NCBI RefSeq assembly: GCF_006345805.1
Contig: NC_043006.1
Span: 45,942,001-46,006,000 of the forward strand
Source of the DNA: Octopus sinensis
Lineage: Eukaryota
Direction: 5' to 3'
DNA length: 64,000 nt
Shown here: positions 12,546 through 24,359 of the stretch, piece by piece
Numbering within the stretch: position 1 is the first letter of the stretch
Layout of the letters: each line of letters opens with the position of its first letter
Made by a program: the position numbers and the translations under genes
Notes under the pieces: model-generated
What the model was told of the DNA's origin: nothing
Database searches by the model: none
The model's input: only the letters and a program-made list of their open reading frames with translations

Positions 12546-13879
12546 GAATGGGCGTCACTTTGTATCTAAAAACGATCATTCCTAAGCTGCCGATGGTGCT
12601 TCTTAAAGATCTGCATGGACGGAGGTTGCAGCCACCGCGCTGGTATCCACAGAAATCAGAAGTGTTGCTATTTCTGCTGCGCCTGTAGTGTGTCCTCACG
12701 AGCAATGAAACCGGATGTGGTGGCACTTCAACGCAGACGACGCACATTACATGTCGAATGCTGGAACAAGAACTATAATTTTCCTGAACTGTGTTGCTTG
12801 CTTCGATTCGTAAGCGTCACTGTGCGAGAAATTGATTTTAGTGAATATAACAGACACAAAACTACGCACGTCTTTCAATTAAAGTCACGGGTGTGCAACA
12901 AGCCGAAGGTTATTCGCGGTTTGGAATGGAAAAGCATTTATTGCGGTTTTCTTTTTGTCACTGAGTTTCTCCCGATATGTTGCTGTTGTCATCGTTTTTC
13001 TTGTTCATGTTGTTGCAGGATCGTTTCGGTAGATATTGATCTTTAAATTGAAGGACACTGTTGCTAGATTGCCTAAAAGCTATGATTATAGAGACAATTT
13101 AGGTAAGAGAAGAGAGGAGGAGATAATGCTGGTGATGGTTGGTGATGATGGTAATGGTATTGGAGGAGGTGAAAATAGTCACGATGGCTAGGGTGAAGAT
13201 GGTTCTGTTTGAGTTTAGTGAACATGGCCGGCCTTGATGGTGGTAGGGATGAAGGTTGTGTTGGTGGCTTTCGTTGTTGTTGCTGTTGCTGTTGTTATTA
13301 GTGGTGGTGATGGTGGTGCTAGTCATTGTGGTGGGGGAGGAGGCAGCGACGCTAGCGACGGCGGAGAAGGCGGTGAATGAGGAGAAGGCAGCGGCGGAAG
13401 AGGAGAATGAGGAGGAGGAAGCAGCAGCCGCAGAGGTGGTGGTGGTGGTGGTGGTGGCGGCGGCGGCGGCGGCGATGATGGTAGGTAGTGCTGGTATGGA
13501 AAACGTTGTTCTTAATGACAACTTTGGTTTTATTGAATCTGTATCTGATCGCTGTAGCAATTTGTTCATGTTCTTCATATCGAGAGTGATGAATGATGAG
13601 TGATTGATGCAAAAATGTTTATAATGCTTCGATATCCATGAAAGTTGTTATGATTAATATAACTGTGGCTTTGATCACTGTGTCTCTTGGAAAAGTAAGT
13701 AACACATTGATGGATTCACGTTCGTTGGAAAGACTAAAAACTGAACGATTCTTGGGTTTTCCAACAGTCAATCATTGTCTTAGACAAATGCTAGAAGTCC
13801 ATCACTCTAATAGTGACCTTACAGTGGACTCATTTACTTCTCGTGTCTATTTTTAGTCCCTTCTCACCCGTGTGAGAAG

Positions 13880-14125
13880 GTACATCGGCTGATTAAGATA
13901 CTTTCCTGGAATATGACCAAATATGGTTTATTTTTTTAATGTAGTCCCCCTTGCGGTCCACACACTTCTCTCGGTGTTACAGTGATTGGTGAAGAAGCTT
14001 TCCTCCTGTTGTTCGAAAAATCATCAACAGTAGAAATGACGTCATCATCACTGCAAAACTGGTTCCAAGTTAAGTAAGTTTCTGGACATTTTTTTTTATG
14101 TTGGATAACACATGATAGTCAGATG
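13880..14125 (-). mobile_element. Mariner 3' fragment
   Basis: Reverse strand GGGGACTACATTAAAAAAATAAACC (GDY...*), a typical mariner C-terminus. Confidence 0.55.
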
Positions 14126-14236
14126 AGTGCATATCAAGAGAATTCGGGACGGTGATCAACCAGTTCAAAGCTACAGTCACTTACAACAACAACCATTAAA
14201 ACCAAGGAATTGTGTATTGCAGTATTATGTACTGGA

Positions 14237-14450
14237 AATGCGGCGTGCTGGCAGAAACGTTAGCACGCCGCACGAAATGCTTGGCAGTATTTCGTCTGTC
14301 TTTACGTTCTGAGTGCAAATTCCGCCGAGGTCGACTTTGCGTTTCATCCTTTCGGTATTGATAAATTCAGTAGCAGTTTCGTACTGGGGTCGATCTAATC
14401 GACTGGCCCTCTACCCAAAAATTTCGGGCTATTTGCCTAGAGTAGGAAAT
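14237..14450 (+). mobile_element. SINE family 3
   Basis: GCTGGCAGAAACGTTAGCACGCC...CAAATTCCGCCGAGGTCGACTTTGC.TTTCATCCTTTCGG, shared with 45690-45965. Confidence 0.85.
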
Positions 14451-14479
14451 CATTGTGTATTTGATCATTGTCCTGATGA

Positions 14480-14816
14480 ATCAAGACACTTTTCATGAGT
14501 TTTCGTTGAGGTGTGGTCTTTATAGTCTTTTGTAATTGCCTCAACACACAGGGATAGTGCTCTCCATTGATGACGTTTGAAGATAGTCAATAAACACAAT
14601 GCCTTTTGCATCCCAAGGCACTGAGGCCATTACCTTTTCTGCAGATGAAATGACCTTGGACTCCTTTGGAGCAGGTGAGGAGGCGTGTTTCCATTGCATC
14701 GATTGTTTCTTTGTCTCTGGCTCATCCTGAGTTAGGAAATATTCACAGAAACCAGCTGGGTCTGCTTCAAACAATTTCAGATTGTCTCGTATTGTGATCA
14801 GCCTGGTGTGACTTTT
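14480..14816 (-). pseudogene. Mariner transposase catalytic-domain remnant
   Basis: FLTQDEPETKKQSMQWKHASSPAPK...KVMASVPWDAKGIVFIDYLQ. Confidence 0.9.
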
Positions 14817-14817
14817 T

Positions 14818-15030
14818 GCTATCTGAGTATATTCCACTGATGAAGGCAAAGCATTTCTTAGAAAGTCAGAAATCCGGGATCTGGAATTATCTAGTAATTT
14901 TTGCTACTTTATTTTGTCTCTTTGTCTTCTCTCCTGGTGCTATATGAACATTTAATGTGGTTTTAGAGTCAAGTTTCGACTGCTATTTCCAGCGTGGAGG
15001 TATATCTTAGATACCCCAAATTATAATTTT
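14818..15030 (+). mobile_element. 213-bp hammerhead-bearing short element (copy 1)
   Basis: Diverged direct repeat of 17077-17292; contains a hammerhead and a downstream GACTGCTATTTCCAGC module. Confidence 0.75.
14831..14887 (+). ncRNA. Type I hammerhead ribozyme
   Basis: Stem I ATTCCA/TGGAAT, CTGATGA 14837-14843, GAAAT at 14869, stem III ATCC-G-GGAT, AUC triplet with predicted cut after 14881. Confidence 0.75.
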
Positions 15031-15264
15031 AAATAATTATTACCTTTGAAAGGTTTTTATTCCCATGCTGGCCACCTGATAAGATCGGTATTTAAATATC
15101 GATCTTATCTTTATGTATATAAATCTATATATTCATTTTGTCATTATATTCACTGCGGTGTTATTCTGGCGCACGAGAGTTTTGAAGCGGGCAATTTAAA
15201 CTGGTTTGTGCATAGGTGCATATATATGTTTGTATACGTTCGTATATGTAAGTATATCGTATGT

Positions 15265-15315
<51 letters not shown>

Positions 15316-15318
<3 letters not shown>

Positions 15319-17024
15319 AGATAAATAAAAATATATGCATACATACAAACATATATGTACGTACCTACATCTACATGTATATATACATGCATATATAAAT
15401 AATTATACGGAAGTACAGGACATCACAATAAGACGTAGAAACAGAAAAAGCCAAAAAACAAAAAACAAGAAAACGGAAAACGAAAACCAAATACAGGACA
15501 GGTTACACAAGGACAAAACCCCCGTCATCAGCTGTCGCTAGAGGAGTCAGGCATGTTTCGAAGGCATAACAGAACACTAATCCAATAGGCCTTCCTGCGA
15601 GAGAATTAAAATAAAATTTCAAGCAGCGGGGCACAATGAGTACGAACACAAACAAGACGTAACAATAAGACTGCAAAATTAAAATACAAGTACAAAAACA
15701 AACACAAGAGGACGAACGAAAAAGCCTTTTTTCTGGCATAGACAAACAATAAAACTGCAAAAATAAAAATACATGTACAAAAAGTACAATTAGTTAAAAA
15801 ACGAGAAAATAACAAGAATACTATACAGGAAATTAACCACACAAGGGGACGAACGAAGAAGCCTTTTTGCTGGCAAGGACGAAAGTGTAGTAGCAGCGCG
15901 TGGAGGCAGTCTTTTCAATAGTGGTAACCACGTGTAAAGGAATTTTGTTTTATAGGCAAGGAAGAGGAAGGAGGAGGGGGACACGCGGCGAGAGAGAGGA
16001 GGAGGGGGAGGGAGAAAGATTGAAGAGGTTAAAGCAAGGGAGAGAGTACCGCATCTTCAATATAATAATATTAATATAAAAAAAAAAAAAAAAAAAAGGG
16101 GACCAAGAAGTGGATCGAAACGACGAATCGGAACGAACCTGATGCGGGGCGCTGTCAGACAATAAGGAGATAAATAAAAATATATGCATACATACAAACA
16201 TATATGTACGTACCTACATCTACATGTATATATAACATGCATATATAAATAATTATACGGAAGTACAGGACATCACAATAAGACGTAGAAACAGAAAAAG
16301 CCAAAAAAAAAAAAACAAGAAAACGGAAAACGAAAACCAAATACAGGACAGGTTACACAAGGACAAAACCCCCGTCATCAGCTGTCGCTAGAGGAGTCAG
16401 GCATGTTTCGAAGGCATAACAGAACACTAATCCAATAGGCCTTCCTGCGAGAGAATTAAAATAAAATTTCAAGCAGCGGGGCACAATGAGTACGAACACA
16501 AACAAGACGTAACAATAAGACTGCAAAATTAAAATACAAGTACAAAAACAAACACAAGAGGACGAACGAAAAAGCCTTTTTTCTGGCATAGACAAACAAT
16601 AAAACTGCAAAAATAAAAATACATGTACAAAAAGTACAATTAGTTACAAAACGAGAAAATAACAAGAATACTATACAGGAAATTAACCACACAAGGGGAC
16701 GAACGAAGAAGCCTTTTTGCTGGCAAGGACGAAAGTGTAGTAGCAGCGCGTGGAGGCAGTCTTTTCAATAGTGGTAACCACGTGTAAAGGAATTTTGTTT
16801 TATAGGCAAGGAAGAGGAAGGAGGAGGGGGACACGCGGCGAAGAGAGAGGAGGAGGGGGAGGGAGAAAGATTGAAGAGGTTAAAGCAAAGGGAGAGAGTA
16901 CCGCCATCTTCAATATAATAATATTAATATAAAAAAAAAAAAAAAAAAAGGGGACCAAGAAGTGGATCGAAACGACGAATCGGAACGAACCTGATGCGGG
17001 GCGCTGTCAGACAATAAGGAGATA
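15316..17024 (-). mobile_element. Two tandem about 850-bp non-coding units inserted in (TA)n
   Basis: Units start at 15316 and 16165 (849 and 852 bp) with terminal redundancy AGGAGATA at 17017-17024; (TA)n on both flanks; homologous to 41389-42310. Confidence 0.9.
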
Positions 17025-17031
17025 TATATAT

Positions 17032-17065
<34 letters not shown>

Positions 17066-17076
17066 TTGTATTTATG

Positions 17077-17292
17077 TGCTATCTGAGTATATTCCACTGA
17101 TGAAGGCAAAGCATTACTTATGCAAATCCAGAAATCCTGGATCTGGAATTATCCAGTAATTTTTGTTAGTTTATTTTGTCTCTTTGTCTTCTCTCCTGGT
17201 AGTGTGTGACCATTTAATGTGGTTTTAGAGTCAAGTTTTGACTGCTATTTCCAGCGTGGAGGTATCTCTTAGATACCCTAAATTATAATTTT
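17077..17292 (+). mobile_element. 213-bp hammerhead-bearing short element (copy 2)
   Basis: See 14818-15030. Confidence 0.75.
17091..17149 (+). ncRNA. Type I hammerhead ribozyme
   Basis: ATTCCA-CTGATGA-AGGCAAAGCATTACTTATGCAAATCCA-GAA-ATCC-T-GGAT-C-TGGAAT; predicted cut after 17143. Confidence 0.75.
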
Positions 17293-17304
17293 ATATATAT
17301 ATAA

Positions 17305-17462
17305 CAGATTTCTCTCAGTTTCCGTCAGTCAAATCCATTCACAAAGCGTTGGTCGGCTCGGGGCTCTAGGAGAAGACACTTGCTCACGCTGCGAAGCAGA
17401 AGAACTGAACCCAGCAGTATGTGACTGAGAAGCAAGCTTCTTAGCGCACAGTCATGCCTGCG
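17305..17462 (-). mobile_element. SINE family 1 head, diverged
   Basis: TCAGTTTCCGTC...GAAGACACTTGC...ACTGAACCC. Confidence 0.7.
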
Positions 17463-17525
17463 TTTGCATAACATCAGTCTGAAGAAATATGCATTACTTT
17501 TTAGCAGAGTATATGATGGTTAAGT

Positions 17526-17865
17526 GGAGGCACATGGCCTAGTGATTAGGGCAGCGGACTCGAGGTCGTGAGATCGCGCTTTCGAATCTCACATCGGGCA
17601 ATATGTGTGTTTATGAGTGAAACAGCTAAGCTTCACGCGGCTCCGGCAGAAGGTAATGGCGAACTTCTTTTGACACTTTCGCCACAACTTCCTCTCACTC
17701 TTTCTCACCTGCAACGGACCGGCATCACAGGTATGTGGGAAACCTATACGCCAATAAAACCGGGAAACCGGCCCTTATTAGCCAGGCATGGCCCGAGAAG
17801 GAAGAAACACCACCAACAACAAAATATGATAATCAAACATTTACAAGACGAGGGGTGGCAGTGAC
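17526..17865 (+). mobile_element. SINE family 2
   Basis: GGAGGCACATGGCCTAGTGATTAGGGCAGCGGACTC...TTCGAATCTC tRNA-like head. Confidence 0.8.
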
Positions 17866-18044
17866 TTCGACGTTTCGGACTCTAAAAGCAGTAGTTTGAG
17901 GGCTGTGACACCGCTTCTGGTAAAAGTTAATATATACGTATCTGTTTAAGTGTATGTGTGTATATGTGTGTACGTGGGTATGGACAGAATACATCTATGT
18001 ATGTATATTTACCAAACGATCTCTCTCTTTCTCTGTTTCTTTCT

Positions 18045-18084
<40 letters not shown>

Positions 18085-18188
18085 CGGAGTAAACACATAA
18101 ATGTGAAACAAGGTGGAAAAAAGAGTACTCAAAATACCAGTGGTAGAGTAATATGCTTTATTTTAAGCAGCAGAAAATTCAACAAAAT

Positions 18189-18226
18189 CTGTTACTCTGA
18201 GTTTCTCGTTGCCGTTCATCAGACAG
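18189..18226 (-). ncRNA. Minimal type I hammerhead ribozyme (PLE)
   Basis: CTGT-CTGATGA-ACGGCAACGA-GAA-ACTC-A-GAGT-A-ACAG on the minus strand. Confidence 0.85.
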
Positions 18227-19228
18227 TATTTGCTAGAATGGAACATATATATTAATTCAATCTATACTCTTACAAACGCTACACCTTTAAAAAGAAATGG
18301 ACTTGTTTGATTGGCCCTTTAGAAAAAACGGTCAATCTTCGAGCGATAAACAAAAAGGTCAAAAATATATGTATATATATATAAAAAAACTTATAAAAAT
18401 TATAAAAATTATAAAATCCGAGGAAAAAACCTATTGCCGTTAATGAAGACAGTACAAATTAATGCATAGAAATTAAACCTGTTATAAATACTGCAATACA
18501 TATTTATATTAAAATCCACATATATATATCAACATACACAAAAGGATGCGCGTAAACGCCATACATACATATACAGACGTATGAATATGAATCTAAATTA
18601 TACACATAAAAGCATGTGTACATATATTCACGCAAACCGTCTCGCACGCAAGCTAAAATTCATCTATGTAGCAATTCTCATATACTGAGCAAGGAGGGGG
18701 AACGAAAGAAAGGGAAAGAGAGAAAAAGGAACGAAAGAGGGGTGGGGGGAAACTTGTAGCGATGTTATTGGCATCTATAGAGGCCAGTATACATACACAA
18801 GTTTGAATTGATACATGTACATACCGTCGCGTGTATGCGTGCTTAAGCACAAGCATACTTTCACTTACACATACACAGATACGCATGCTTACAAATACAT
18901 ATGCTTTGCTATACATATACTTATATAAACATTCTAATTTTGACAACATTGCTTTTTTTTAAAAAAAACCATTGCTTTTAAAAAATGGGTGCATTAATAA
19001 AAATATATACGAAAGACATATAAAATAAAATTTAACATCCTATTTTGGGTCATTTATAATAATCAAGGTAATATAATAATCAAGGTCCTATGCAATACAA
19101 TAACATGAAAACAAAGTTTGTAGGTTTTTCCTAATATATATGTAGAAACAATAAGACTTTGCTATAGATCCATCGTAGCGCTTAAGAGTCAAAATCAAAA
19201 TCAAAAATCAAAATACAAAATATATACT

Positions 19229-21278
19229 CTATCCATATGGTATATTTATATTCGACATTTTAAATTTAGCCGCGTGCCTACATAAGTTCATTAACTCACT
19301 TCTTTGATTCAAAGAATTATTGTCTTTGAATATATGTGCATTTTCTCTAATAAGCAAAGCTTGCACTTGAAATTATATTTGTAAGCTCCATGCCTGTATG
19401 GTGCCGCCCTGTCCAGAATGCACCATGTCACGTTGAAAGGTGGGGCTTCCCTTTCTTTTAGTTCCCAGACATATTTTGCTAGGCTGGTTTTCTTCCTATT
19501 CTCTGGGTATTTAAAAGAATTCTTATGAGAATAAAATCTTGTTTTAAATGAATTTTCTGAAGCCCCTGTGTATGTCTTGTATTCCGATGAGCCTTCCACT
19601 TGCACCTTGGCTCTATAAACTACTCCTTTCACTAGACATTTCCCTTCTAACGGACAGGAGCTTTCGTTTTTGAAATTACATTTCTTAATGGGCTCGGCAC
19701 CATGTCTAATCTCAATTAGCTTCCTATTATGTTGGCTAATGTAAGAGGCGAAATTTCTGCAACAAGAATAGCTAACCTTCAGGGTTCTTCTATTAAATAT
19801 TCTGTAGAATTTATGACCCTGCTTAAAATGCTTAGAGACTAATCTCAAAAATTCCTTACCTATATTAGTCTTTACGGCCAAATTGAAAGCCGGGTTGAAC
19901 CACAAAACTTTCCTGGTCCTAGTTCTTCGTGCAGCATTATTATTAGCATTAAGCTGGTTGAACTGGATCTTCTCCGGGAATCCACTATTCTTAATGCGCT
20001 GTCGTAATAAGGTGCAGCATTATGGAATGCTGCCTCGTCCGAAGAAATTGAAGATATTCTTCTACCTACATTGCTGACTAAGTTGCTAAGGATAACTGGT
20101 GGATGGTTCGAATCTTTGCTAATATACGATAGCTTTTCATTGGGCTTACGGAAAGGTTTAAATCTATCCGATCTTACATTAAAATTTACGTCTAAAAAAT
20201 CTACACTATTCAGGTTAGTATCTATCGTAATCCGTAAGCCCATCCTTTGAAAGAAAGCTATAAGGTCCTTCCTAAGTTTATCTGATTCATGGCCGTTTAG
20301 ATTATGCGTGGCTATAAGGCCGTCATCCCTATATAGACCTGCATCTATAAATGGGAATTCTATTTTTAGATTATGGAGAATAAAGGCTCCTATGAGCATA
20401 CATAATTCAGCCCCGTCGTATGCCCCCATCGGTACATCGAAAAGAGAATCCTCAGTCTCTTAATCCAGGTGGAATCCTCGAAAAACAGAAGCGATTTCCT
20501 CGCATGCATAATAATTTCAATTTCCGAGCTATCGTGTTGACATACTGCTTGGCGAAGTCCAATGCCCTTAGGAGCAACGTCCTAGATATCGACGGGTAAA
20601 AGTCAATAATGTCGAATTGTGTGAAACTACAATTATTCTTATAGCTAATAACTTTAAACCACTCTATAACTGACTTACTATTCTTCCAAATTCTCAAGTC
20701 TACTTCACTATCTAACTTAACTAAAATACGGTCCAAAATATTTTTGCTAATAATTCCTATCTCAGTTTTAGCCGGATTTATCAATCTACATTTGGGGTTT
20801 CTACTAAAATTGTCTTTATGGTCTTTCAGAGTAATAAAAGCTGGTCGTGGTGAAAGGTATTCAATCCTATCGCTAATCTTAAGATCGTTAGCTATTCCTC
20901 TTGCTTCTAAGTTCACCTCTTTGTATATATTCGTGTTGTCTTTTTTGTATGTGTCCGTGACACTATTCGAAATCAGGCGTTTATAAACGTCCTTATCAAG
21001 TGCATATAAGTTCCTTGTCTTGTCAGAATTAACGAAGATCTTATTCGAGTCGTTAATCTCCTTAATTTTTTCTCTCATGTTTTTTTGCAATTGGTTGGTA
21101 AATTTGCGGAATTTAATTTTCCTAATAATCTCGAAAAGGTCTTTCTCGAAGGCTTCTAATTCCGGAATCGATGGCGGGTTTCTGGGAGATTTAAATCCAT
21201 ATTTGTTACCTTCTATTTTCTGTTTATTATCAAAGAAGAAGGCTTTCCATCTCAGTCTTCTAATAAACTCTTCCGTTT
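19229..21278 (-). pseudogene. PLE RT + GIY-YIG ORF, inverted copy lacking about 25 N-terminal codons, 3 frameshifts seen
   Basis: ORF pieces 20452-21090, 19872-20429, 19309-19905; ends NLCRHAAKFKMSNINIPYG*. Confidence 0.93.
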
Positions 21279-21303
21279 ATCAACATACACAAAAGGATGC
21301 GCG

Positions 21304-22160
21304 TATAAGTATATGTATAGCAAAGCATATGTATTTGTAAGCATGCGTATCTGTGTATGTGTAAGTGAAAGTATGCTTGTGCTTAAGCACGCATACACGC
21401 GACGGTATGTATATGTATCAATTCAAACTTGTGTATGTATACTGGCCTCTATAGAGCCAATAACATCGCTACAAGTTTCCCCCCACCCCTCTTTCGTTCC
21501 TTTTTCTCTCTTTCCCTTTCTTTCGTTCCCCCTCCTTGCTCAGTATATGAGAATTGCTACATAGATGAATTTTAGCTTGCGTGCGAGACGGTTTGCGTGA
21601 ATATATGTACACATGCTTTTATGTGTATAATTTAGATTCATATTCATACGTCTGTATATGTATGTATGGCGTTTACGCGCATCCTTTTGTGTATGTTGAT
21701 ATATATATGTGGATTTTAATATAAATATGTATTGCAGTATTTATAACAGGTTTAATTTCTATGCATTAATTTGTACTGTCTTCATTAACGGCAATAGGTT
21801 TTTTCCTCGGTTTTTTCCTAGGATTTTATAATTTTTATAATTTTTATAAGTTTTTTTATATATATATACATATATTTTGACCTTTTTGTTTATCGCTCGA
21901 AGATTGACCGTTTTTTCTAAAGGGCCAATCAAACAAGTCCATTTCTTTTTAAAGGTGTAGCGTTTGTAAGAGTATAGATTGAATTAATATATATGTTCCA
22001 TTCTAGCAAATACTGTCTGATGAACGGCAACGAGAAACTCAGAGTAACAGATTTTGTTGAATTTTCTGCTGCTTAAAATAAAGCATATTACTCTACCACT
22101 GGTATTTGAGTACTCTTTTTTCCACCTTGTTTCACATTTATGTGTTTACTACTCGGTCTA
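21304..22160 (+). repeat. Pseudo-LTR (upstream copy of the element 3' end)
   Basis: Matches 24665-25444 and the reverse complement of 18081-18930. Confidence 0.93.
22013..22050 (+). ncRNA. Minimal type I hammerhead ribozyme (PLE pLTR)
   Basis: Same motif as 18189-18226; GUA triplet. Confidence 0.85.
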
Positions 22161-22223
22161 ACCCGCTCCTTGTAAAAGTTTGAGCGACTCTGCACAAGTA
22201 GGAAGAACAAACAGCTGAAAAAG

Positions 22224-24359
22224 ATGGAACTTTACCCGCTGGATTTTTCTCAGAAAAATATACCTATCCCTGCACGGAAACAATATATCAAAGTCTTATA
22301 GAGAAAAAACGGAAGAGTTTATTAGAAGACTGAGATGGAAAGCCTTCTTCTTTGATAATAACAGAAAATAGAAGGTAACAAATATGGATTTAAATCTCCC
22401 AGAAACCCGCCACCGATTCCGGAATTAGAAGCCTTCGAGAAAGACCTTTTCGAGATTATTAGGAAAATTAAATTCCGCAAATTTACCAACCAATTGCAAA
22501 AAAACATGAGAGAAAAAATTAAGGAGATTAACGACTCGAATAAGATCTTCGTTAATTCTGACAAGACAAGGAACTTATATGCACTTGATAAGGACGTTTA
22601 TAACGCCTGATTTCGAATAGTGTCACGGACACATACAAAAAAGACAACACGAATATATACAAAGAGGTGAACTTAGAAGCAAGAGGAATAGCTAACGATC
22701 TTAAGATTAGCGATAGGATTGAATACCTTTCACCACGACCAGCTTTTATTACTCTGAAAGACCATAAAGACAATTTTAGTAGAAACCCCAAATGTAGATT
22801 GATAAATCCGGCTAAAACTGAGACAGGAATTATTAGCAAAAATATTTTGGACCATATTTTAGTTAAGTTAGATAGTGAAGTAGACTTGAGAATTTGGAAG
22901 AATAGTAAGTCAGTTATAGAGTGGTTTAAAGGTATTAGCTATAATAATAATTGTAGTTTCACACAATTCGACATTATTGACTTTTACCCGTCGATATCTA
23001 GGACGTTGCTCCTAAGGGCATTGGACTTCGCCAAGCAGTATGTCAACATCGATAGCTCGGAAATTGAAATTATTATGCATGCGAGGAAATCGCTTCTGTT
23101 TTTCGAGGATTCCACCTGGATTAAGAAGACTGAGGATTCTCTTTTCGATGTACCGATGGGGGCATACGACGGGGCTGAATTATGTATGCTCATAGGAGCC
23201 TTTATTCTCCATAATCTAAAAATAGAATTCCCATTTATAGATGCAGGTCTATATAGGGATGACGGCCTTTAGCCACCACGCATAATCTAAACGGCCATGA
23301 ATCAGATAAACTTAGGAAGGACCTTATAGCTTTCTTTCAAAGGATGGGCTTACGGATTACGATAGATACTAACCTGAATAGTGTAGATTTTTTAGACGTA
23401 AATTTTAATGTAAGATCGGATAGATTTAAACCTTTCCGTAAGCCCAATGAAAAGCTATCGTATATTAGCAAAGATTCGAACCATCCACCAGTTATCCTTA
23501 GCAACTTAGTCAGCAATGTAGGTAGAAGAATATCTTCAATTTCTTCGGACGAGGCAGCATTCCATAATGCTGCACCTTATTACGATAGCGCATTAAAGAA
23601 TAGTGGATTCCCGGAGAAGATCCAGTTCAACCAGCTTAATGCTAATAATAATGCTGCACGAAGAACTAGGACCAGGAAAGTTTTGTGGTTCAACCCGGCT
23701 TTCAATTTGGCCGTAAAGACTAATATAGGTAAGGAATTTTTGAGATTAGTCTCTAAGCATTTTAAGCAGGGTCATAAATTCTACAGAATATTTAATAGAA
23801 GAACCCTGAAGGTTAGCTATTCTTGTTGCAGAAATTTCGCCTCTTACATTAGCCAACATAATAGGAAGCTAATTGAGATTAGACATGGTGCCGAGCCCAT
23901 TAAGAAATGTAATTTCAAAAACGAAAGCTCCTGTCCGTTAGAAGGGAAATGTCTAGTGAAAGGAGTAGTTTATAGAGCCAAGGTGCAAGTGGAAGGCTCA
24001 TCGGAATACAAGACATACACAGGGGCTTCAGAAAATTCATTTAAAAAAACATTTTATTCTCATAAGAATTCTTTTAAATACCCAGAGAATAGGAAGAAAA
24101 CCAGCCTAGCAAAATATGTCTGGGAACTAAAAGAAAAGGAAGCCCCACCTTTCAACGTGACATGGAGCATTCTGGACAGGGCGGCACCATACAGGCATGG
24201 AGCTTACAAATATAATTTCAAGTGCAAGCTTTGCTTATTAGAGAAAATGCACATATTATTCAAAGACAATAATTCTTTGAATCAAAGAAGTGAGTTAATG
24301 AACTTATGTAGGCACGCGGCTAAATTTAAAATGTCGAATATAATATACCATATGGATAG
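22224..24359 (+). CDS. PLE polyprotein (RT + C-terminal GIY-YIG endonuclease), about 710 aa consensus, broken by single-base indels
   Basis: MELYPLDFSQKNIPIP..., FDIIDFYPSIS, MGAYDGAELC, GLYRDDGL, SNHPP, KVLWFNPAF, VVYRA...YTG, CKLCLLEK, NQRSELMNLCRH; track ORFs 22667-23272 and 23344-24405. Confidence 0.93.

Noticed and set aside
14541-14849. ORF as an intact mariner gene starting MPSSVEYTQIAK
   Set aside because: The ATG comes from the antisense strand of the adjacent hammerhead element; the mariner part is a deleted fragment.
22052-22066. TTGTTGAATTT shared between the PLE pLTR and the 488-bp unit boundary
   Set aside because: An AT-rich 11-mer match is expected by chance between sequences of these lengths.
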